From an uncultured Pseudomonadota bacterium (GTDB taxonomy: Bacteria; SAR324; NAC60-12): DNA of 23,659 nt. The position numbers and the translations under genes were made by a program. The stretch is taken from the NCBI GenBank assembly GCA_913020725.1, contig CAJWCD010000045.1:1-23659 (forward strand), in the 5' to 3' direction. How positions within the stretch are numbered: position 1 is the stretch's first letter; each line of letters opens with the position of its first letter. A model generated the notes under the pieces. It was not told where the DNA came from, made no database searches, and saw only the letters and a list, made by a program, of their open reading frames with translations. Below, piece by piece: positions 7,621-15,151 of this stretch.

Positions 7621-9723
7621 TTGGCGGCGAGTACCGAAACTCTCCCTCTTAACGGGGTCATCCGGAACACAGACGTCATCCTTGCGGCTGGGGTCATTGG
7701 GATGCTGCTCATCATGGTGGTGCCGCTACCGCAGGTCCTCCTTGATCTGCTGCTGGCGATGAGCATCTCCATTGGTGTGTTGATTCTCTTCGTCGCGCTT
7801 TTCACTGCCAGTTCGCTAGAGTTCTCGTCCTTCCCAACTGTTCTCCTGATCTCCACCCTCTTCCGGCTTTCACTCAACATCGCCTCCACCCGGCTCATTC
7901 TGCTGGAGGGGCATCAGGGATCATACGCTGCTGGAGCGATCATCAAAGCGTTCGGCGAGTTCGTTGTGGGAGGCAACATCATTGTAGGGATCATCGTCTT
8001 CTTGATTCTGGTGATCATCAACTTTGTCGTGATCACAAAGGGAACCGGGCGGATCGCTGAAGTCGCCGCCCGCTTCACCTTGGATGCGATGCCCGGCAAG
8101 CAGATGGCCATCGACGCTGACCTCAACGCCGGCTTGATCGATGATCAGGCAGCCAAGGAGCGCCGCAGCAAAGTCCAGCGTGAGTCTGATTATTTCGGGG
8201 CACTGGACGGGGCCACCAAGTTTGTGCGCGGAGACGCCGTTGCCGGATTGATCATCACCTCTATCAACATCCTTGGCGGCCTCTTGATCGGCACCACCCA
8301 ATACGGTATGTCTGCTGGGGATGCGTTCGATTCCTATGCGACATTGACGGTTGGAGACGGTCTGGTTTCGCAGATCCCGGCCTTGATCATCTCGATTGCC
8401 GCCGGTATCGCTGTCACCAAGGCATCCTCTGAAAACCGCATTTCGGAGGATTTGAAGAGTCAGGTTTTCAGCAACACACAGGCGTTGTATGTCGTCTCTG
8501 CTGTGCTGCTGCTCTTCGCGCTGATTCCGGGGCTGCCGATCGTTCCGTTCCTGATGCTAGCGATCCTAACCTTCTTCCTCGCACAAGTGTCCCGGAAGGC
8601 GCAGGGGCAACTTCAGTTCGAACGGGAGCAGGAGCAGCAGCTTGAACTGCAACGCGAACTCACGGAAGAACCGGAAGACGTTGCGGAACTGCTGCCGATG
8701 GATGTGCTGGGGCTGGAGTTGGGCTATGGCCTGATTCCCCTCGTGGACGAGGAACAGGACGGGGAATTGCTTAAGCGCATCAAGGCCATCCGTCGGCAAA
8801 CCGCCCTTGACTTCGGCTACATCGTCCCGCCCATCCACATCAAGGACAACCTTGAGCTGTCTCCGGGCGAATACTCGATCACCATCAAGGGCATTGAAGT
8901 CGCTCGTGCCGAGTTGATGGTCGGGCATTACCTCGCCATGAAGACCGGCGATGTGGACGAGGAGATTCCTGGAGTGGACACGGTAGAACCGGCCTTCGGG
9001 CTTCCGGCAATCTGGATCACCGCCGAGGATGAGGAACGTGCGCAGTTTGCGGGCTACACGGTGGTAGACCAACCCACCGTCCTCGCCACGCACATCACCG
9101 AAATTCTCAAAAACCACGCCCACGAGTTCATTGGCCGTCAGGAAACCCAGCGGCTACTCGACAGCTTTGCTAAGAACGAGCCGAAGATTGTGGAAGAGTT
9201 GGTTCCGGGACAACTTCTGCTCGGCACGGTGCAGAAGGTCATCCAGAACTTGCTGCGTGAACAGGTTTCCATCCGCGACCTCCACACCATTCTCGAAACT
9301 CTCGCAGATGCCTCCCACCTCACTAAGGACGCGGATCTGCTCACCGAACACGTCCGGCAAGCCCTTTCCCGGCAGATCACCAGGCAGTACCAGACACCGG
9401 ACGGCATGTTGCCGCTCATCACCTTCAGTCAGGAACTGGAAAACCAAATCGCTGCCGCCATTCAGGATTCCGGACAGGGCTCGTACTTGGGACTCAATCC
9501 CAACGTGGCCCAGACAGTCATCACCCGTATTGACGGGCTTTTGGAGCAGTTCACAATTAACAACTACCAGCCCATCCTGTTGTGTTCCCCACTGATTCGA
9601 CCGCATGTGAAAAAGCTGGTGGAGCGCTTCATCCCCAATCTGATCGTGATCTCCCACAACGAGGTCGCTCCAGACGTGCGCATTGAAGCGCTTGGCATGG
9701 TACAATTGGGCGGAGAGGAGTGA
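7621..9723 (+). CDS. flhA: Flagellar export protein FlhA
   Basis: FHIPEP signature RIAEVAARFTLDAMPGKQMAIDADLNAG and GDGLVSQIPAL; 700 aa; TTG start with AAGGA upstream. Confidence 0.97.
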   Translation: MAASTETLPLNGVIRNTDVILAAGVIGMLLIMVVPLPQVLLDLLLAMSISIGVLILFVALFTASSLEFSSFPTVLLISTLFRLSLNIASTRLILLEGHQGSYAAGAIIKAFGEFVVGGNIIVGIIVFLILVIINFVVITKGTGRIAEVAARFTLDAMPGKQMAIDADLNAGLIDDQAAKERRSKVQRESDYFGALDGATKFVRGDAVAGLIITSINILGGLLIGTTQYGMSAGDAFDSYATLTVGDGLVSQIPALIISIAAGIAVTKASSENRISEDLKSQVFSNTQALYVVSAVLLLFALIPGLPIVPFLMLAILTFFLAQVSRKAQGQLQFEREQEQQLELQRELTEEPEDVAELLPMDVLGLELGYGLIPLVDEEQDGELLKRIKAIRRQTALDFGYIVPPIHIKDNLELSPGEYSITIKGIEVARAELMVGHYLAMKTGDVDEEIPGVDTVEPAFGLPAIWITAEDEERAQFAGYTVVDQPTVLATHITEILKNHAHEFIGRQETQRLLDSFAKNEPKIVEELVPGQLLLGTVQKVIQNLLREQVSIRDLHTILETLADASHLTKDADLLTEHVRQALSRQITRQYQTPDGMLPLITFSQELENQIAAAIQDSGQGSYLGLNPNVAQTVITRIDGLLEQFTINNYQPILLCSPLIRPHVKKLVERFIPNLIVISHNEVAPDVRIEALGMVQLGGEE

Positions 9724-9742
9724 GGCGGACCGCTGGAGCGGA

Positions 9743-9772
9743 TCCCCGACTTGCTGATCTCCCCGACTTGCT
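9743..9772. repeat. 13-bp direct repeat x2 (TCCCCGACTTGCT), period 17
   Basis: Exact copies at 9743-9755 and 9760-9772 in the flhA-flhF spacer. Confidence 0.85.
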
Positions 9773-9781
9773 AAGCTGTTC

Positions 9782-11095
9782 ATGAACCTAAAACGCTACC
9801 GCGTCACCAACATTCAGGAAGCCCTCCAGCTCATCAAGCGCGACTTGGGGCCAGAGGCGATCATCGTCTCCACTCGTCAGGTGAAGGAGGGCAGAGGCAC
9901 CTTCGGACTGTTCGGCAAGACCGTCCTTGAAGTCACCGCCGCTCGCGACGACAAGCCCAAAGCCACCCTTTCTTCGACGTTGGGCCGCAATCTCAACGAG
10001 CAACCGTCACTGGGCGCGGAGGAAATCGTTCCGTCCGCTGAGGTTCAAGAGCCATCACTCCGCAGCCCGTCTCCGTTGCCGCCCTCACCAGCAGTTGCAC
10101 CATCGCCCTCCTTGGATGCGAAAACTTTGCAACCCATTCGTCAGGAGTTGCAAGGGCTCCGAGAGGTGGTGGAGGAGTTGAGTAACCGCACTTCAGCGTT
10201 TGAGGAGTTCTCCAACAACCAACTCCGGCACGAGTTGGGCGAGATGCGGCACATGCTCCACCTCATGGCGAGCCGCTCCTCGCTTCCGGACGACCTTGAG
10301 CTTCCGGAAAACCTGATGATGCTCTACCAGCAGTTGAAATTCGGAGGACTGGAAGACAAATTCTCGCGGCGGCTGGTGCTGGAAGCTCAGAAAAACATTT
10401 CAGACGAAGACCTACAGAATTTCTCTTACGTCAAAATTTTTATTGCCCGGATGCTCATGAAGATCCTCCGGACCACCGAGGGCATCGAGTACATCACCAC
10501 CCCGCAAAAGGTGATTGCGCTCATCGGACCCACGGGAGTCGGCAAGACCACCACAGCGGCGAAGATCGCCTCCGACCAAATGCTCAAACGTAAGCGGCGG
10601 GTGGGGTTGATCACAGTGGACACCTTCCGGATCGCTGCGGTCGAGCAGTTGCGGACCTACGCGAAAATCATCAATGTGCCGCTGCGCATCGTCTCAGACC
10701 GCCAGGAGATGGACAAGGCGGTGGAGAGTTTTTCTGATTGCGATGTTGTGGTCATCGACACGGGCGGCTGCTCCCAGCGCGACGAGGGGCAGATGTTCGA
10801 GTTGCGAGAAATCTTCGACGAGCGTGGGCGCATCCACAACCTGCTCGTCCTCAGTTCCACCACTAAAGACAACGACCTCAACGAAATCACCCGTAAGTTT
10901 GGCGTGATGCCCATTGACGGCGTGATCTTCACCAAGCTCGACGAAAGCGCATCCTACGGGACCATCTTCAATCACGCGATCCGCTTCAAGAAACCAGTTT
11001 CTTTCCTCAGTATTGGACAGAAGGTTCCGGAGGACATCGAGGTGGCCACCAAGGAACGCATGGTTGATTTGCTGCTCAACATCTCCGGAGGCTGA
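9782..11095 (+). CDS. flhF: SRP-family flagellar GTPase FlhF
   Basis: N-terminal IKRDLGPEAIIVSTR, GPTGVGKTTT, DTFRIAAVEQL, IDTGG, TKLDE and GQKVPEDI. Confidence 0.96.
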   Translation: MNLKRYRVTNIQEALQLIKRDLGPEAIIVSTRQVKEGRGTFGLFGKTVLEVTAARDDKPKATLSSTLGRNLNEQPSLGAEEIVPSAEVQEPSLRSPSPLPPSPAVAPSPSLDAKTLQPIRQELQGLREVVEELSNRTSAFEEFSNNQLRHELGEMRHMLHLMASRSSLPDDLELPENLMMLYQQLKFGGLEDKFSRRLVLEAQKNISDEDLQNFSYVKIFIARMLMKILRTTEGIEYITTPQKVIALIGPTGVGKTTTAAKIASDQMLKRKRRVGLITVDTFRIAAVEQLRTYAKIINVPLRIVSDRQEMDKAVESFSDCDVVVIDTGGCSQRDEGQMFELREIFDERGRIHNLLVLSSTTKDNDLNEITRKFGVMPIDGVIFTKLDESASYGTIFNHAIRFKKPVSFLSIGQKVPEDIEVATKERMVDLLLNISGG

Positions 11096-11099
11096 CCCT

Positions 11100-12014
11100 G
11101 TGCCCGCTGTAACTACCACCACCGATCAGGCTGCGTCCCTCCGCAAACTGGTCAGCGCTTCAAAAACCACCACCGTGCCGCGCAAGGGCCGCGTCATCAG
11201 CGTGACCAGCGGCAAGGGCGGCGTGGGCAAAACGAACATTTCCATCAACCTCGCCTACGCGCTTGCGTCAATGGGACGACGGGTGTACCTGCTCGATGCC
11301 GACCTTGGACTGGCAAACATTGACGTGCTGCTCAACCTCACCCCGGCATACACCATTGACGATGTGCTGTCGGGCGAGATGGAGTTGCGCGACATCATCG
11401 CGGACGGTCCCGGTAACATCAAGGTGCTGCCCTCCAGTTCCGGAGTGGTCGAAATGGCAGAGTTGGACGAGGATCGCCAAGCCCATTTGCTCGAAAAGCT
11501 CAAGGATCTCGATGACGACATGGACTACCTGATCATTGACACGGGGGCTGGAATTGCTGGCAACGTGCTGCGCTTCAGCGTTTGCGCCGATGAGATCATC
11601 CTCGTCGTCGCCGCAGAACCGTCCTCCATGACGGACGCCTATTCCGTGATCAAGGTGATGGCCAGCCGCTATGACATTCGCAGTTTCAACCTGCTCGCCA
11701 ACTCGCTGGAGTCGCCTAAGCAGGGCGAGCGAGTCTTTGAACACCTTCAGAAAGTCTCACGGGATTTCCTGCAACTGGAACTGAATTACCTCGGTGGCAT
11801 TCCCCGCGATCCCAAACTGATCAAGGCGGTTCGCTCCCAGCGTCCGCTGCTTGAAATGTTCCCGGATTCTCCAGCAGCCAAGAGCATCAAAGCCCTGGCG
11901 CAACACATCGAAACCTCTGCAAGCCTCCCTCGATCCTTGGCGGAAACTCCCCGGAGCGACACGTCGCTTCGGTTTTGGGAGCGCATTTTGCAGTGGCGTG
12001 AGAAGAAGAACTGA
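11100..12014 (+). CDS. flhG: MinD-like flagellar number regulator FlhG/FleN
   Basis: DQAASLR activator helix, deviant Walker A SGKGGVGKT, DADLGLANID and IDTGAGI; GTG 4 nt after the flhF stop. Confidence 0.94.
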   Translation: MPAVTTTTDQAASLRKLVSASKTTTVPRKGRVISVTSGKGGVGKTNISINLAYALASMGRRVYLLDADLGLANIDVLLNLTPAYTIDDVLSGEMELRDIIADGPGNIKVLPSSSGVVEMAELDEDRQAHLLEKLKDLDDDMDYLIIDTGAGIAGNVLRFSVCADEIILVVAAEPSSMTDAYSVIKVMASRYDIRSFNLLANSLESPKQGERVFEHLQKVSRDFLQLELNYLGGIPRDPKLIKAVRSQRPLLEMFPDSPAAKSIKALAQHIETSASLPRSLAETPRSDTSLRFWERILQWREKKN

Positions 12015-12084
12015 ACCCTCGACCCCCTGATGAACATGGGAGAGCCCCTGTCCAGAAAAGCAGGGAACGACCGTAACTTTCGGC

Positions 12085-12996
12085 ATGTCAACCGCAACCC
12101 AAAAACCTGATCAAGACGAAGAGCTTCAGGAGCATTCCATCACGGAGCTTTCTGACCAGCCCAGCGCGCAAACTCTGGATGAGTCTGGTGAGTTGCGTGA
12201 ATCAGCAGTACCCCTTCCGACAGCGACGGCAAGCAAGGTTGCCAAGCCAAACCCCTACACCAAGAAAACACCGCACGACCGCGAAGCACAGGTATTCGAA
12301 CACACCCCGTTGATCAAACGGATCGTCACACGCATGGCGGCCCGCTTTCCTCCGGGCGTGAATTTCGAGGACCTGTACCAAGCCGGGATAATCGGCTTGC
12401 TGGATGCAGTGGACAAGTTTGATACCAGCAAGGACGTTCAGTTCAAAACCTACGCGGAGTTCCGGATCAAAGGCGCAGTGCTGGACGAACTGCGCTCGAT
12501 GGACTGGGTGCCAAGGTCCGTTCGTGCAGCGGCAAGCGATTGGGAGACCGCTTGGCGGACAAAGGCTTCGGAATTGGGGCGTGAACCCAATGACTTGGAG
12601 ATGGCCGAGCAAATGGGCCTGCCACTGAAGGAGTACCACGATTTTCTGATCAAATCCCGGCCCATCCCTCTGCTCTCCATCGAGGAGTTCAACCAACGCA
12701 CCAGCGACGAGGAACAGGCCAACTTGCTGGATGTGTTCACGGATCCTACCGGAAAGGATCCGTTCCAGATGCTCTCGCTTCAGCAGATGCAGGGCAAGCT
12801 CGCTGACACAATCAGGGGGCTTTCTGAGCAGGAGAAAATGGTGCTGTCCCTCTACTACAACGAGGAACTCAACCTCAAGGAAATTGGACAGGTGCTAGGC
12901 GTTGTGGAATCCCGTGTTTCGCAAATCCGCACCAAGGCAATCCTCAAGCTGCGGGCCAAACTCCGGGGCGTCATTCTCAACGAAGGCAAGGGTTGA
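12085..12996 (+). CDS. fliA: Flagellar sigma factor sigma28 (FliA/WhiG family)
   Basis: GIIGLLDAVDKFD, FKTYAEFRIKGAVLDELRSMDWVPRSVR and region 4 LNLKEIGQVLGVVESRVSQI; follows flhG. Confidence 0.96.
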   Translation: MSTATQKPDQDEELQEHSITELSDQPSAQTLDESGELRESAVPLPTATASKVAKPNPYTKKTPHDREAQVFEHTPLIKRIVTRMAARFPPGVNFEDLYQAGIIGLLDAVDKFDTSKDVQFKTYAEFRIKGAVLDELRSMDWVPRSVRAAASDWETAWRTKASELGREPNDLEMAEQMGLPLKEYHDFLIKSRPIPLLSIEEFNQRTSDEEQANLLDVFTDPTGKDPFQMLSLQQMQGKLADTIRGLSEQEKMVLSLYYNEELNLKEIGQVLGVVESRVSQIRTKAILKLRAKLRGVILNEGKG

Positions 12997-13000
12997 GTAC

Positions 13001-13231
13001 GTGGAGGCTTCGGAATCCGCTCAGATTTTGGAAGGCATGGTGGTGCGGCAACGCGAAAAGCTACTCAAGGTCGCCCGCGAGCTCGTGCCGAATGCCACTC
13101 CGGAAGACATCCGCAACCCTCAGGATTTCTCCGAGTTGCTCAACGATCCCCTCTTCAACTATGAAGACGGCCTGCTTGCCGGCTTGCTGAGCGCCCAAGC
13201 CGCGCTGCGCATAAGCTCTCCAGTTTCCTGA
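13001..13231 (+). CDS. Small hypothetical protein, 76 aa
   Basis: GTG 4 nt after the fliA stop; protein-like helical sequence QREKLLKVARELVPNATPEDIRNPQDFSELLNDPLFNYEDGLLAGL. Confidence 0.7.
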   Translation: MEASESAQILEGMVVRQREKLLKVARELVPNATPEDIRNPQDFSELLNDPLFNYEDGLLAGLLSAQAALRISSPVS

Positions 13232-13609
13232 TCAACTGAGAAACCGACTCCGGATTGGCTCCTCCCATTCCACTGGAAACTCCGAGTTGTGGATGCGTTT
13301 GAGCAGGTGTTGCAGCAGGGCATCATCCGTATGATCCTCAATAGTCCGAGACCCCTTGAAGCGTCCCACTCCCTGATCCGACTCTGGAAGGTTCCGGTTG
13401 GTCTGCCCCAGCCGCACCCCGTGTTCGGGAAACCACTCCAAGATCACCTCGTCAAAAATGAACTGCATGTAGTGCGGCCGGTTTTGCGCATCCACCCAGA
13501 GAAATCCGTAGGTGTCTGGATGATTGTCGCAACCCATGCTGATTTGATGAAGGCCGTTCACGGTCTCTTTTGATTTTCGACTGCGGACCACATAGTAGCT
13601 ACGTTGCAT
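13232..13609 (-). CDS. Hypothetical protein, 125 aa
   Basis: ATG-started ORF with globular composition filling the gap between the 76-aa gene and the divergent dapB region; no recognisable family. Confidence 0.65.
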   Translation of the reverse strand: MQRSYYVVRSRKSKETVNGLHQISMGCDNHPDTYGFLWVDAQNRPHYMQFIFDEVILEWFPEHGVRLGQTNRNLPESDQGVGRFKGSRTIEDHTDDALLQHLLKRIHNSEFPVEWEEPIRSRFLS

Positions 13610-13623
13610 GGAGGAGGACGGCT

Positions 13624-13654
13624 TGAGTTTTACTGAGTTTGAGTTAGTTTGACA
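13624..13654 (+). promoter_or_regulatory. Three phased T(G/T)AGTTT heptamers abutting a TTGACA -35 box upstream of dapB
   Basis: TGAGTTT at 13624 and 13634, TTAGTTT at 13644, TTGACA at 13649-13654. The -10 at 17-bp spacing (AAGCAT) is weak. Confidence 0.45.
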
Positions 13655-13691
13655 GGTCTTTCAAGAATCCCAAGCATAGGCAAGATTCAAC

Positions 13692-14426
13692 ATGAACGCA
13701 ATACCAGTGTTAGTGAACGGCGCTCAGGGCCGCATGGGACAGGAAGCAGTGAAGGCCATCACAGCAGAGTCTGGGCTGGAATTGGTGGCCCAAACGGACC
13801 TTGGTGACGACCTGCCTGCGATGCTGCGAAATTCCGGAGCACAGGTGGCAGTGGATTTCACCACCGCAACGGTGGCTTACAACAATGCCCGGACGCTCAT
13901 CGAGTGCGGTGTCCGGCCCGTGATTGGCACCAGCGGATTGCTTCCGGAGCAAGTCGCCGAACTTCAGGCACTTTGCCAAGCCAAACAAATCGGCGGGGTG
14001 ATCGCTCCTAACTTTGCCATCGGCGCAGTGCTGATGATGAAATACGCTGCGGATGCCGTGAAGTACTTCCCGCACGTCGAGGTCATCGAACTGCACCACG
14101 ACCGCAAGGCCGATGCTCCCTCCGGAACCGCCATCAAAACGGCCAATCTGCTTGCCGAAGCCCGCACCGAAACCCCTGCACTGCTTGATGAAAAGGAGTT
14201 GATCCCTGGTGCTCGTGGAGGCAAAACCCAAGGCATCCCCGTGCATTCGATTCGATTGCCCGGACTGGTGGCGCATCAGGAAGTGATCTTCGGCGGCAAG
14301 AGCGAAACCCTCACGATCCGTCACGATTCCATCCACCGCGAATCCTTCATGCCCGGCGTCTGTCTCGCCTGCAAAAAAGCCATCGCCTTAAATGAACTGG
14401 TGTACGGACTGGAACATGTGCTGTAG
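13692..14426 (+). CDS. dapB: 4-hydroxy-tetrahydrodipicolinate reductase
   Basis: GAQGRMG Rossmann motif, VDFT, VIGTSG, APNFAIG and the signature ELHHDRKADAPSGTA. Confidence 0.97.
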   Translation: MNAIPVLVNGAQGRMGQEAVKAITAESGLELVAQTDLGDDLPAMLRNSGAQVAVDFTTATVAYNNARTLIECGVRPVIGTSGLLPEQVAELQALCQAKQIGGVIAPNFAIGAVLMMKYAADAVKYFPHVEVIELHHDRKADAPSGTAIKTANLLAEARTETPALLDEKELIPGARGGKTQGIPVHSIRLPGLVAHQEVIFGGKSETLTIRHDSIHRESFMPGVCLACKKAIALNELVYGLEHVL

Positions 14427-14440
14427 GCGAAAGTGCTTCT

Positions 14441-14603
14441 GACTCTCAGATACGCTGTACGGTTCATGTATTCGCTCGGGGCTTCGGACACTGAAGCTTA
14501 CTCCGGCATCACCCACTCCACTCCTTGCTGAACGAACACACGCAGGGCATCCACTTTGCAGGACACTGGAATTGCCAGACTTAGCTTGGCGCATCAGAGA
14601 GTC
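14441..14603. ncRNA. Candidate structured RNA/element of unknown class
   Basis: Closing stem 14441-14455/14589-14603, inner stem 14466-14477/14530-14541, hairpins at 14481-14497 and 14566-14578. No known family recognised. Confidence 0.4.
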
Positions 14604-14635
14604 CTCAGAGAAAAAGCAAAAACACCGTTTAGCAA

Positions 14636-14656
14636 CCAACCACCAACCACCAACCA
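14636..14656 (+). repeat. Tandem heptamer (CCAACCA)x3 directly before the yajQ ATG
   Basis: Exact copies at 14636, 14643 and 14650; ATG at 14657. Confidence 0.9.
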
Positions 14657-15151
14657 ATGGCTTCCAGCAGTTCTTTTGACATCGTTTGCGAGATGAATCT
14701 CCAAGAGGTCACCAATGCCGTGGACCAAGCCCGCCGCGAGGTGGCGAACCGCTACGACTTCCGAGGATCAAAGTGCGAGATCGAGCTGGATCGGCAGGAC
14801 AACTCCCTGCGGCTCACCGCTGATGACGAGATGAAAATGCAAACCCTCATTGACGTTCTGCTCACCAAACTCGTCAAGCGCGAGGTGCCCACCAAGGCAC
14901 TGGTTTACGGGAAGACCGAACCGTCTGGAAAGCTGCTGAAGAAGCAGATTTCGGTGCAGGATGGGTTGTCCAAAGATCAGTGCAAGGAGATCACAAAACT
15001 GATCAAGGACACCAAGATCAAGGTGCAGGCGCAGATTCAGGGGGATTCGGTGCGCGTCACCGGAAAAAATAAGGACGAACTTCAGACCGTGATGCAGGAG
15101 TTGAAATCCCAGAATTTTGATTTCGACATGCAGTTCACGAACTACCGCTGA
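14657..15151 (+). CDS. yajQ: YajQ family nucleotide (c-di-GMP)-binding protein
   Basis: SFDIV...QEVTNAVDQARRE..NRYDFRGS and KVQAQIQGDSVRVTGKNKDELQ, ending FTNYR; 164 aa. Confidence 0.95.
   Translation: MASSSSFDIVCEMNLQEVTNAVDQARREVANRYDFRGSKCEIELDRQDNSLRLTADDEMKMQTLIDVLLTKLVKREVPTKALVYGKTEPSGKLLKKQISVQDGLSKDQCKEITKLIKDTKIKVQAQIQGDSVRVTGKNKDELQTVMQELKSQNFDFDMQFTNYR

Noticed and set aside
14427..14656. Lysine or c-di-GMP riboswitch next to dapB/yajQ
   Set aside because: The element is downstream of dapB, and I could not find the conserved cores of either riboswitch class.
14388..14657. 89-aa minus-strand ORF in the dapB-yajQ spacer
   Set aside because: Its start derives from the CCAACCA repeat, it overlaps dapB and has no protein-like features; base-pairing explains the region better.
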